Assembly: GCA_010093745.1 (NCBI GenBank)
Contig: MU005958.1
Span: forward strand, 434,001-498,000
DNA length: 64,000 nucleotides
Direction of reading: 5' to 3'
Origin: Piedraia hortae CBS 480.64
Lineage: Eukaryota
In this document: positions 1 to 11,207 of the stretch, piece after piece
Layout of the letters: every line of letters begins with the position of its first letter
Position numbering within the stretch: position 1 is the stretch's first letter
The notes under the pieces: model-generated
What the model saw: the letters and a program-made list of their open reading frames with translations, nothing else
Told to the model about the DNA's origin: nothing
Database searches by the model: none
Translations under genes and position numbers: made by a program

Positions 1-859
1 AGTTGGGTAGATCGACCTTCATGAGCTCTTCAATCTCTTCAACCGCCTTATCAAGCCCCTCCTTGGTGGTAGAGGTGACATGGAGATACAGTGGAGGGTT
101 CTGCTCAGTGTCAGCATACCACTTACTCTTTGCCTGCAACACGTACAGCTGCCGTTGCGAGGCTTTTGTCGGGATAATAGTTTCCGCGGGTCGTGACATC
201 TTTGATTACGTGAGCTGATAACTTACGAACCGAGTCAGTGGGTGCATACCGGCTCCAGTCTTTTCTTTGATCTAAATGGCACTTGTCAGCGAGACTCGAA
301 GGGGCTGGATATGGTAAGCAATGCGTTGAACACGGCAAGTAATTTGCTGGAGATATCAGTGCATGCATTCGGGAGTAATTACCATCTTCTGTGTTGCTCC
401 CTTGGTCAGGGTATAGCGGTTGCGCAGGTCATTGACTTCAATGTCCTTGATAAAGTCACCATCCTGTGTGTACACGTCGTTGTTGATATTGCTAGCCATC
501 GGCGGTTGCGACGGCGACTTTGATCCTGAGCTGGCGGCCTGAGACATTAGTTCCGACCCGACTGCGGCCGACGCTTGGCCTACCGAGCGGATGGGCGGCA
601 CATCGACGTGCTGCGGGATCTTCTTGGCGTTTATCATGGCATTAATCCTTGCTGCAGCTTCAGCTGCTCGAGAAGCTGCATCTAAAGCTGTTTTACTGTC
701 CCGCTGCGGACTTGCCGCACCTGCGGGCAAACTGCGCTCACGCTGTGGTCGATGTCTGTCATCGTGACTGGGTGGAGACCGCGAGCGGCGATCAAAGCGC
801 GTCCTCCTGACAGGCTCAGTCTTGTCGAATCGAGATCGTTTGCGCTGTTCTTCGGACAT
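1..859 (-). CDS. KH-domain RNA-binding protein (KHDC4/BLOM7-like), 5' part; runs off the window start
   Basis: ATG at 859 (MSEEQRKRSRFD). Exons 859-383, 271-250, 199-147 and 100-1 are joined by GT-AG introns. Spliced, it reads IKDIEVNDLRNRYTLTKGATQKM/IKEKTGA/DVTTRGNYYPDKSLATAA/NPPLYLHVTSTTKEGLDKAVEEIEELM, a KH-like domain. Confidence 0.85.
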
Positions 860-997
860 TGCAATGGGCTGCTGTGTTGTTGAGTTCAAGGTGAGGTTGA
901 ATTAGGAATCAGCCGGTGGTCTGCAGGCTAGAGACTAGCGTGGGGCTAGTCTTCTTTGGGTTAGCGTGGCTGTGGTCCACACTCAATCTTTAATGAA

Positions 998-1004
998 TGA
1001 CTCA
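998..1004 (+). promoter_or_regulatory. Gcn4/CpcA-type site TGACTCA just upstream of ILV6
   Basis: Perfect TGACTCA just upstream of the ILV6 ATG at 1018. Amino-acid biosynthesis genes are classic cross-pathway-control targets. Single motif, so could be chance. Confidence 0.4.
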
Positions 1005-1017
1005 CTTCATGTTTTCA

Positions 1018-2007
1018 ATGGCTGCACAACGAGCTCGTCTAGTCTTGGGAGCTGCTAAAACACGCACAACCATTCCAGGCAGACGCATAGCACAGAGAAG
1101 CTGGAAGTCCACCTCTGCAATTGAATACAAAGCGCTTCATCGCCGGATAACTCCATTGCCCACCGCTCCTGCCACTTCTGCCCTCTCGCCCGCTGCTGCT
1201 GTATCATCCATTATATACGAAACTCCTTTACCATCATCTGCACCTCCAACTCGCCATGTTCTCAACTGCTTGGTGCAAAACGAGCCCGGTGTGCTCGCTC
1301 GCGTTTCTGGTGTGCTTGCCGCGAGAAATTTCAACATCGATTCACTTGTTGTCTGCGCTACCGAAGTAAAAGATCTCTCGCGCATGACCATTGTCTTGCG
1401 AGGACACGATGGCGTTGTGGAACAAGCTCGTCGACAGCTAGAAGATCTTGTGCCGGTATGGGCTGTGCTCAATTACACCTCGGCGCCGCTGGTGCAGCGT
1501 GAGCTTCTGTTGGCAAAGATCTGCATCCTCGGCCCTGAATATTTCGAAGAGCTGCTTGCATATCACCAAGAGATTGCAGGCACTTCCCAGCTGCAGGACC
1601 CCGCAGTAGATAATGCAGTCGACCAGAGCACGTCCAAATCCTTCCGTGACTACCACCCTCGAAACCTAACCCCCAGTGAGGCTATGCGTCTAAAGCAGCA
1701 GCATTTGCAGACAATCACCTACTACACGCACCAATTCAAGGGCAAAGTACTGGACATCAGCACGAACAGCTGCATCGTTGAGTTGAGTGCTAAACCGGCC
1801 AGAGTCGATTCGTTCACAAAACTTATCAGTCCATTTGGCATTTTGGAGTCTTCCAGGACTGGTAAGTGGCACCGTTTTCCTATTGGGCTCACTAACAGCT
1901 TTGCCACAGGTTTGATGGCTCTGCCACGCTCGCCACTCGAGTCTGAGACTGAGGAAGAGCAACAAGCAGAGGAGGTAGTAGATACAGCTGCGCTTCCACC
2001 TAGTTGA
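1018..2007 (+). CDS. ILV6: Acetolactate synthase small (regulatory) subunit, mitochondrial
   Basis: ACT domain HVLNCLVQNEPGVLARVSGVLAARNFNIDSLVVC, plus QRELLLAK and SRTG-LMALPRSP. Arg/Ser-rich presequence. 48-nt intron 1862-1909 (GTAAGT..CTAAC..CAG). Alternative ATG at 997. Confidence 0.95.
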   Translation: MAAQRARLVLGAAKTRTTIPGRRIAQRSWKSTSAIEYKALHRRITPLPTAPATSALSPAAAVSSIIYETPLPSSAPPTRHVLNCLVQNEPGVLARVSGVLAARNFNIDSLVVCATEVKDLSRMTIVLRGHDGVVEQARRQLEDLVPVWAVLNYTSAPLVQRELLLAKICILGPEYFEELLAYHQEIAGTSQLQDPAVDNAVDQSTSKSFRDYHPRNLTPSEAMRLKQQHLQTITYYTHQFKGKVLDISTNSCIVELSAKPARVDSFTKLISPFGILESSRTGKWHRFPIGLTNSFATGLMALPRSPLESETEEEQQAEEVVDTAALPPS

Positions 2008-2413
2008 GATCACAGCAATGCAACGCTTTCATAGTAATCGCTAGGCAATTGAATCGTTGTCCCTCGGCTTCTTTCTTCGGTAAAAGTGGGTATGGATTGC
2101 CATGTTCATAACCACGAGGGCCAGTGACGGGGACGTGGCAACAGCTGGAAAGGTCACTGCTTGGAACTTTTGAGTTCGACAGGGACGATGAGCTTTAGAT
2201 AAGGACACAGGTTTGGCTTTGAGGGCGATAGGCTCAGTTATGGCCCTCGTAGCAGTTTGTCAAATGCATTCTTTCAAACCGTTCGAGGGCGGGATAGAGC
2301 AACTTCAATGTATGCTCGAATTTACATGGAAACTGATTGCTTGACGACAAGAAATCTGCAACCCCTTGGATACCTATCCAAGGGATAGGTATTGGGTGTC
2401 GTATATGATGTAT

Positions 2414-3484
2414 TCACAAAATCTTTCCCTGGTTCACGACAAAGGCCTGCAAAGCGGCCATGGCAGCCCACAGTCGATTTTCCGCCTCTTCGAATACCAA
2501 ACTGGCAGGGCTATAGAAAACTTCATCAGACACCTCCTCCTGCTTTCTAGGGAGGCAATGCATGAATCGCCAGCCCTCGGTCGCACCGCCACGTCTCGCT
2601 AATTCAGTTGTGACCTGGAATCCATCAAAGTCCCTCAATCGTTTCTCCTTCTCGCTCTCCCGGCCCATGGATATCCAAGTATCCGTAACGATGACATTTG
2701 CATCTTTGACGGCTTCTTCCGGCACTTGTGTCTCGTGGACCTTGAAACCGGAACCCTTAGGTGCCGAGAAGTGGATAAGCTGACGCATCTCACCAGGAAT
2801 AGTGTACCCGGCTGGTGTGGCGACTGAGAGCCTGACCCCCAGTTTCGCGGCGGCCAGTGCGAGATCGTAGAGGACATTATTTGCGTCACCGATCCAAGCT
2901 ACTTTGAGACCCTCAAGGCCCAATGTTCCGTTTGTATTGGAACTTGGAGTGGCAAAGGCCTCGTGCATTGTCAAGTAGTCTGCCAATGCCTGCAGGGGGT
3001 GGAAAGCGTCTGATAATGCGTTGATTACCGGAACCTGACTATGCTTGGCCAAGTCTGCAACGTCTGCGTGGGCGTTCACCCGTGCAACGATGGCCGACAC
3101 CATTGAACTTATCACCACGCTGGTGTCATAGAGAGATTCGTTCACGCCGAGCTGGATATCTCCAGACCCTAGGAACATTGTGTGTCCCTGCATCCGAGCT
3201 ACGGCGGCTTCTGTACTCACGCGGGTCCGCGTGCTTCGTTTGGTGAACATGAGCGCTACGGTCTGGCCGTAAAGTGAATCATTGATTTCGGGGGGTATGA
3301 CTCCAGATTTGATAGAAGTTTTGTAAGCTGATGCATTTTGGATAAGACGGACCAGTTCCTGTGGCGTTAGGTCGGCTATAGAGAGTAGGTGCCTTGGGGC
3401 AAATGGCGATGTTGATATGCTTCTCTTACAGACCTGTCCGAGTGGCTGCACTTTAATGGGTAAGGACCTGAATCGCAGAGACAT
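2414..3484 (-). CDS. ARG3: Ornithine carbamoyltransferase, mitochondrial
   Basis: Motifs KRSTRTR, HPLQALAD, WIGDANN, TDTWISMG, FMHCLPR and EAENR. Presequence begins MSLRFRSL. Confidence 0.96.
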   Translation of the reverse strand: MSLRFRSLPIKVQPLGQVCKRSISTSPFAPRHLLSIADLTPQELVRLIQNASAYKTSIKSGVIPPEINDSLYGQTVALMFTKRSTRTRVSTEAAVARMQGHTMFLGSGDIQLGVNESLYDTSVVISSMVSAIVARVNAHADVADLAKHSQVPVINALSDAFHPLQALADYLTMHEAFATPSSNTNGTLGLEGLKVAWIGDANNVLYDLALAAAKLGVRLSVATPAGYTIPGEMRQLIHFSAPKGSGFKVHETQVPEEAVKDANVIVTDTWISMGRESEKEKRLRDFDGFQVTTELARRGGATEGWRFMHCLPRKQEEVSDEVFYSPASLVFEEAENRLWAAMAALQAFVVNQGKIL

Positions 3485-3926
3485 TTTTTCGATGGCATGT
3501 ACGGAAGTCGTTTGTGGGTCCGCTTTGCCCCACAAAAGATTAGCAGCTTTGGAGCAGCCAACCAGAACCGTAGTTTGTGGTCTGAGACTATGATATTAGA
3601 ACGGAAGTGCAAAAGAATAATTTTGCAAGAAATTTGGTGTGTGTAACTACAAGTACGTATATTGATCATGCTCCATGTCCAAGTCTAAAATCATGGCAGA
3701 ACTTTAGCCCACTTTGAAATGATAATGATCACCATCCTGATTCAAAAAATTATCATCTCCGATCTCCTTTTTCTGTGGCTTGAAATGATGTGATAACACG
3801 AGCGCCGATATTGCGTAGTGGGAGGCTCGGCCCAAGGCGGGGGGGCGCTTGGCAGGGCGCTTGGCGCTTGACCCAAAGCAGCGGCCGACCCCACGCTTTG
3901 TAACGTCAGACGCATTCACCCCAGCC

Positions 3927-6442
3927 ATGGTTGACCGAGGTGAAAGAGCAGAAGACATGGACGAAGAGAGGGAGTCGGGAACGGAACCGGCAGAGGCAGA
4001 CGGGGAACAAACCGAAGAGACGCCGCTCCTTCAATCTAATGACCCAACACCATCTCCCGCCTGCCGTTCTCTCCTCACATCCCTCCAGCGCAACGGCAAG
4101 GGCGCAAAGCGGCGATGGCCCAGTTTGATCGCATTACTCGTCCTGTGCCTGACAGTGGTTCTGATTATTATATTTGTCTTTTTGGCGCCATCGACAGTGA
4201 TGCGGTATGCCCACCAGGCAGCTGTCTTCCATCCGACAAGCGTATCAATAGCGGGCATAACAAGAACTGGAGTGCTAGTGCGCATACATGGCGACTTTAC
4301 CATGGATGCCTACCGTGTGAGGAGGAAGGCGGTGCGGGACATTGGCCGCTTCTTCACAGCCATGGCGCGGAAGGCAGAAACGGGAGACGGCGAGGTCGAG
4401 ATCCTCCTGCCAGAATACGGCAACCTGCTGCTCGGGACCGCTTACGTACCCGGTATCAAGGTAGACATACGTGCGGGCAAGCAAACTCCCGTGGATTTCG
4501 AAGCCGAGCTCATACCCGGGGAGGCTGACGGCCTGAGGCATATTGCAGAGGACTGGGTGGACAGTCGGCTGGGCCAGCTAAGGGTACGGGGGAAGGCTTT
4601 GGTGCCGCTCAGAAGTGGCATCATCCGCCTCGGCCGACAGATGGTTGAACATGATCTGATATTGACCGGCAATGACCTGCCTTCGATGCCCTCGTATGAC
4701 GTCGAAAATATCCATGTTGGAGAAATGGACAGAAAGGGAGTTTCCACAAATGCAACGTTAATGATACAGAATGACTATTCCGTCGACATGACCCTTCCAC
4801 CCCTGGCATTGGATGTCTTGGTCGATAATTGCCACAGAAACGATCCATATATCAAACTTGCCACGGTACACACGGGCGAATTGAACATTGTACCAAAGCA
4901 AAATGTGCAGCTGGATATCACCAGTGATATGCATGAGTTGCCCAATGTATTGACCCAAGATTGCCCAGGCTCGAAGCAGTCTCCGCTAGACGCCATCTTG
5001 GGTCAATACATGCATGGTAAAGACACGAGAATTTATGTGCGCGGGTCAAGATCTGGGAACGTGCACACACCCACTTGGATGTCGGACATTCTTGCTGAGA
5101 TGACAATCCCTGTTCCGGTGCCAGGGAAGAGCTTTGGCCGACTAATCAAAGATTTCACCATGGCCGATACGCATCTTAGTCTACCCGATCCGCTCCGTGA
5201 TACTAATCCCCGGTTGTCTGCCACTATCCGAGCAATTGTGGAGCTGCCCGGGCAGTTCAATCTGAACGTATCAGTCAACAATGTAAAGGCCGATGCTGAT
5301 ATATTCTACAAAGACCAAATCCTGGGCAAACTTGACTTGCACAAGTGGCAAGCCGCCAACAGCACCTGCATCACATCCAGTGGCAATACATCCACTATCG
5401 AGGTTGAAAGTCGGGTTCATGATGCACCGATACACATTACAAACGAATCCGTGTTTGCAGGTGTCATGCATGAGCTTCTTCTCGGTGAAGGCGTGACAAT
5501 GCTTATAAAAGCCAACGTGGATATCAAGATGCGTACGGGTTTGGGCGAGTTGACGGTACGACGGATCCCCGCGAAAGGGGAAGTGCCTATCGAGCGTAGG
5601 TGGTCCTACCTGAGAAGAATCAGTCGAGGCTAAACATTGGATTCACAGCCATTACGCCGGGAAACAATGGCAGTTTAATATCGGCACTGGACCCCCAAGT
5701 GTGCGATTTTCAAGTCCTAGACACGACTCCTTCCAGCCTGACCCTCCGCGCTGTCGTCAACGTTACGAACCCTACAGATCACTCGGCCACCATCCCTTAC
5801 GTGGACGTGCAGGTGTTCGCAAATAAGACACTACTCGGACATGCAACGGTGCGGAACGCGAAGATGAAGCCCAAAGGCAGAGATACCGTGGACGTCACCG
5901 TGGTCTATGACCCAGCCGACAGCGGCGGGCGCGAATTCGTGTCCCAATACATTTCGGGCTACAACACGACGCTCACTCTACAAGCCCACGAGGGGACAAT
6001 CCCATCCCAGCCATCCCTGGGAAACGTACTATCCAAACTTCCCATAAATATCACCACGCCGCACTTGGATCGAATAAGCCACTTCCTCGAATCCGCAACG
6101 ATGCACCTTCTCTCGTCAACAGCGCAGTTTTCGCTGCTCTCCCCTCTCCGTCGCGAAGTAATCTTCATCACGTCCATAAACGCTTCGGCGTCTTATCACG
6201 GTGACCTTGTGGGCATCATTGAGACAGACTTGCCTTTTGCTATTGCCCCCGGCGGCGTGGCAACGACCCCCAGACTTCCTGTCGAATGGAGCCCCGGCGG
6301 CATGGGCTATGATGCTGTGAAGCGCGCGCTGGGCGGCAAGCTGCGCCTCTCGGCTTTTGCTAATGTTGGTGTTCGGATCGGTCATTGGCGCGACCGTGTC
6401 TGGTTTCAGGGCCATGGTATCGGGGCATTCATCAGGTTATAA
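3927..6442 (+). CDS. Single-pass membrane protein with DUF3712/LEA2-like repeats (Tag1-like)
   Basis: ETPLL dileucine-type motif, one TM helix (WPSLIALLVLCLTVVLIIIFVFL), then beta-rich repeats. Intron 5596-5648 (GTAGGT..CAG) joins ORFs 3849-5633 and 5600-6442 in frame (IEP/ITPG). Confidence 0.8.
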
Positions 6443-6771
6443 GCTCATCTATTCGGCTGTATGTTACAATCTTGTACATGAATATGAAATGGATCCTTGT
6501 CCGCTGCTCTTTCCAGGCTGTTTCAAGCTGCACTCAAAGTGACAAGTACCTGATCCTGGTTCAATAAGCTTTCACAGGAAACAAAAGCGCCAACAAACGC
6601 CAGTTATTGCATAAACACTCTACGAAGTTGCAAGACAAACAAGGCTACAGTCCCAGACCTAGCCACCGCTGCCCGCCGTTCTAGCAATATCCACCAGAAC
6701 AGTCTCATGTTGGCAGGAAAGAGGGTTCACTGCGAGCGGCTGCGGGCTGACAACCCAGGGTATGTGACGCT

Positions 6772-7555
6772 CTACAGAATCATGCACTTCTTCTTCTTCT
6801 CTCTCTTCGTCAGCAACGCGGCGCGAGTGGCATGCTCAAACACTTCGCGCACGCCTTCGTTTGTCTTGGCCGAACATTCGAGATACTTCTGGGCGCCAAT
6901 CTTCTTGCGCACATCTTCAGCCTAGTAAAGCGTCAGCACGGCAGCCAGCACGGTACTAGAACGTAACCTACCTGCTCTGGTGTAACTGGCTTCTGCGAAG
7001 TCTTGTGAAGTTCCTCGATCGTCTTAGGATCGTGTCTCAAATCCTTCTTACAGCCAACCAAAATAATGGGGAGGCCCTGGCAGAAGTGCAGCACCTCCGA
7101 GATCCACTATGTCGCCCATCAGCAAGCGCCCTAGAAGCGAGGTCGGCCACGCCCTACCTTCTCTTGCACGTTGTCCAACGAATCGGGTGAATCGATAGCG
7201 AAGCAGATGAGGATAACGTGCGAGTCGGGATATGAGAGCGGCCGCAGACGATCATAGTCTTCTTGTCCAGCCGTATCCCAGAGTGCAAGTTCTACATGCT
7301 TGCCATCCACCTCAACATCGGCAACATAGTTCTCAAACACTGTCGGGACATAGACCTGCGGCGTGTCAGCGGTCGTGAAACGAGCGGGATTCGCAAGTGC
7401 GGACCTCCGGAAAGGTGCCTTTGGAGAAGACACTACATTTGCATCAGCATTGCTATCGTTGGCTCAAGGTATCGGGGGGGTACATACATAAGCAGGCAAG
7501 TCTTGCCACAGGCTCCGTCGCCGACGATGACCAATTTGCGACGAATTTCCGCCAT
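6772..7555 (-). CDS. RHO1: Rho1 small GTPase
   Basis: [49 protein letters not shown] and C-terminal [12 protein letters not shown]. Four coding introns, plus a 3' splice site (CTGAC..CAG) immediately before the ATG. Confidence 0.97.
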
Positions 7556-9187
7556 CTGCTCCGGCTGTCAGTGATGGGGCCCTGGCGGAAGCGTGACGAG
7601 ACAGGAAAGGCACGTTGCGGGCGGCAAGGAGGGCTTAGCGCTCACCACGTCTTACTCGCAGGAGTTTGCTTGCGGGTCTTGTCCGCTACGCCACTAATTA
7701 GGCGAAGATTGGGGGTCGCTGAACGCCTGATAGAGGCGATCGCGGAGATATGGGGGTGCGGAGAGGTGCTTAGGAAGACAAGAAGGTTGTTGCGCGGGGT
7801 GGAGAGTGATGTGATGGTGGGTTGAGGGAGTTCAGGACCGCATTCCGTTTCCAAGGCGAATCGACGGGGGGCCCAAGCGTCGGCGCTAAGTCCCTACTTG
7901 TCCATTGACCTCGCACCTCTTATCCTGCTTTCTTCCTTCTTTTCGCCACGTCACCTCCAGTTGTCTCTATACACAATTCCCCAGCGTGAGCCGATTACTA
8001 GCTGTCTCCAGCCTTCTTCCATCCCAACCTTTCCCCGTCCTCCTAGCCTGTTGCGCCCGATGAAACAAACAATGATTCATCACGTGCAGTCACGTGTGAC
8101 GCTCAGAGGCAGCCCATCATCCATCTTGACGGGATTCATAGCTTTTTGTAGATTTATCATACGTCCGACTATGTACAGGCTGCGATAACTCCCAACGTCA
8201 GGTGCGGTCAACGAACTGGCAACTTTTCCTATTTGCCAGGATTGCAGACGATTGATAAGTGCGGAGGAAACGGGTCGGAAACGTCGTTGCCCGACAAGCG
8301 AGTTGACCTATAATGAATGATGAGCGTATCAGGCTGTGTTGGTAGCACTTGTGGAATGGTCTACATCACTATGCACTGTTCAGAGTTTCAGCCCTACGGC
8401 TGATATGATAAGTGCTAAATGAGCCGCACGTTGATGACCGGAGGACAAAAGCCACTCTTGAACCAATCTTTGATTTGCAGGCGGCTGAAGTACATGCACG
8501 AGCGTTCTCGTGATCTATGTCTCCAACATTAGACTCCCATAGTAAACAGCTGGTGCCGAACTTTGGACAATGACATGACCCGCTCGCATATTGGAAAAAA
8601 TCTACACAAATTGGGGGCACGCATGTGTTTTTCGCAACCCAAAACGGGCATGTGACCCTGCTGAGGGCATGGTCCTTCGAAATGCGCTCAGCATTTGGCA
8701 AAGTGCTATGACCGAAGATCCTTTCAACAGCGCTGGCGTTGGGGCCCCCCTCATGCGGTGGCTAAGCGACCATGCGGAGGGGTCGGGGCGCCTGCGGGGC
8801 TGGCTGCAGCCAAACGTCGCCCATCGGCTGCGGGGCATTTTCGCACATCTCGTTACTGTTAATGTGCTAGTTCATGCGCTCACCGATGCCCGGCGTGGCG
8901 CCCGAGCCGTCCAACTGCTCTAGGCTCACTAGCAGACGTCTGGTGCACCGTTTTTTTGTCGTACAGCATACATAGCGTGATCCCTGGCTCGACTCTCCGT
9001 CGCCATCAGCCACTCATGGTCGCTCATGCCTGTTCAAACTCTGCAAGCCACCTGTCGGCAGTGACGACTGTGTGCAATAGCCCTACCAGTGATCCCGCCT
9101 CCATAAATTTCTTTCCATGTCGGTTGACCAGTGGGTCAACGAGAAATGCATAAGCTAAACAGTTCCCCCGGCTAAGGCAAGATTACC

Positions 9188-10529
9188 ATGTCTGACTCTC
9201 GAACGCAGGAAATGCCACTGGAAGTGGATGCGACCCATTGGCAGCGTGAAGCTACAGTGGCACCTGAGGACTGGCCAGATCAAGGCAAAGGACACCAGAA
9301 GGTGCATTCCAATCTGACAGCAGCAAATTCCTTGCACGAAGGAGAGGCCCCGCCAGATTCATTTCGTCATAGGTACCATAGCCATGTTGGACATGACTAT
9401 ACATTCTAATCTTTCTGCAGCAGCCTTCAGAGTGAACGCCAGCTTGAGCAGAGAGCCCGGGAGCAATCCTCCAACATATACGACCAGCAGCTTCTTAGTC
9501 GCATCGGCGGACCCAACGCTCCAAAGCATTACTCGGTACCACCCTTCTCCCATCTTGCAACCGTAACGCCTTACGAGCGACGGCAAGCCGGGACAATGAT
9601 GATGAATTCACCTTTCGAGTCGCAGAAGCCACCTGAACCTTCTCCTCAGCTGTGGTCGGGCTACCATGGTGTAGAGGTTTCTCAGCTGAGGCCTCCCTGC
9701 CCACCGATTGTGTCTGAGCCTCAATACCATGCTGGTGCCAAGCGTCGTGCGTCTTCTCCTTTGCCTCCAATTCACCAAGGCAGACGCTCGCCTCGGGCCA
9801 GAGACGGAAGTAAGCTGCCGGTGCGGCAAGACTGGTCTGGCGGTCCTTCTGCACCTTTGGCTATTTTGTCTGCGCATCCTCTCGCTTCCTTCGGTGCCGG
9901 TCATGCATCAAGCGCGGCCACCGGAGAAAAAACTCATCAGGGACTTCCTGAGAAGCAACCTTTGGCTGGGTTCCGGCAGTACACCCAGCCCCAGCAGGGG
10001 TTGGCTCTTTGCTGCAAATGTTGCCCAAAGAAGCCGCAAAGGTTTCTTACTGCAGATGAGCTCCGGTACGCTTCACCAAAGCGCTTAGGGCGCTGCTGCT
10101 GCTGCTAATCGATTTTGTAGGGCGCACGAGGCTCAAAAGCCATTCGCGTGTGGGTTCTGCTCGCATCGGTTCAAGAACAGGAACGAGGCCGAGCGCCATC
10201 AGAACTCGCTGCACCTGCGAAAGCATTCATGGTCATGTGAAGCTATGGCAGGGCCAGAATCCGCATTCTGGCCCTCTCCGGCAGCCGCCCACAATGATCT
10301 CTGCGGGTTTTGTGGCAAAGAGTTTCCCCTGCCGCCTCAGTGGGACGTCCGGACGGAACATCTCAACAGGAAGCACAAGTTTAAAGAGTGCAACCTGGGC
10401 AAGAAATTTTTCCGAGCGGACCACTTCCGGCAGCATCTCAAACACAGCCATGCTGGTGTCAACGGAAAGTGGACAAGTGTGCTTGAGAATGCCTGTGTGC
10501 GGGAGGAAACTGGGGTTGCCTTGTATTAA
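9188..10529 (+). CDS. C2H2 zinc-finger transcription factor
   Basis: Introns 9373-9420 and 10066-10120 give a continuous frame. Zinc motifs CKCCPKKP..., FACGFCSHRFKNRNEAERHQNSLH, CGFCGKEF..EHLNRKH and CNLGKKFFRADHFRQHLKHSH. Confidence 0.85.
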
Positions 10530-10658
10530 TCTCGTTAACATGGAATTTGACGGGTCTGCAGTTAGGCGTATTTGAGTGCAGGTACGTAGAAAGTCAAGTT
10601 TAGACCACCGTTTCTAGAACATGGCAACAACGGATAATGGTACAGTATAGGAGAGGGC

Positions 10659-11147
10659 TCATCCGGATGGGTTTCCTTTCGGCACAGTCGGAAAGAAGTT
10701 TGGGGACGCCATTCTTTCACGATTGCGACGCCTCAATTCTGCTTCTCTTTTCTGCTGTAAGCGCATTTGCCAAAAGCTCTTTTGCAATTCAAAGACCCGA
10801 GGCTTCGGCTTAACTTGGTCTTCGTCCTTAGTTTTAGGTTCCGCCCTGTCAGTTTTCTTCTTGGCTGGCTGCTTGTCACTGTCTTTGACATCCGTGTCTT
10901 CGTCCTTGACTTTCTCGTTCTTCCCCATAGTCTTGTCATCATTTTTGCCCTTCTCGGCTTGGACATGGGGTTGCTGTGAGTCCTTGGCTAGGGCGAATTT
11001 AGTATCATCCAGGTGCCCGGGGCAGATGTAAAAGAAGTCTTCCCCTCCTGGTGTTGTCAGCACCGTTGAGCTAGGCTTGTAGCAGATCCAACAAGCTTTT
11101 GCTGCTGGTTCCGCTACGAGACGTCTATGGTAAATGTTTGTTGCCAT
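10659..11147 (-). CDS. VFA1: VPS4-associated protein 1 (Vfa1/DUF1742)
   Basis: NIYHRRLVAE..AKACWICYKPSSTVL..DFFYICPGHL, a Lys/Asp-rich middle and C-terminal FPTVP. Confidence 0.85.
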   Translation of the reverse strand: MATNIYHRRLVAEPAAKACWICYKPSSTVLTTPGGEDFFYICPGHLDDTKFALAKDSQQPHVQAEKGKNDDKTMGKNEKVKDEDTDVKDSDKQPAKKKTDRAEPKTKDEDQVKPKPRVFELQKSFWQMRLQQKREAELRRRNRERMASPNFFPTVPKGNPSG

Positions 11148-11197
11148 TTTATTCTCCTGTCTGGAAGCTTGCCCTTCGTCAGAAACGACTTTCTACC

Positions 11198-11207
11198 GTC
11201 ACGTGAC
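11198..11207. promoter_or_regulatory. Perfect bHLH (Cbf1-type) E-box palindrome GTCACGTGAC
   Basis: 10-bp palindrome about 50 nt upstream of the VFA1 ATG. Related TCACGTG sites occur in other promoters (about 8090, 24691, 24988, 39774). Confidence 0.4.

Noticed and set aside
101..146. Three donor-like hexamers (GTACGT, GTAAGT, GTATGC) in one 46-nt intron suggesting a stwintron
   Set aside because: Too short to hold a nested intron, and only one branch site is present.
8317..8403. C/D snoRNA-like ATGATGA...CTGA with AGTTTCAGCC complementary to 18S GGCTGAAACT
   Set aside because: The 10-nt match ends too far from the D box for the D+5 rule, and TCAGCC pairs locally with GGCTGA. Likely chance; snoscan could settle it.
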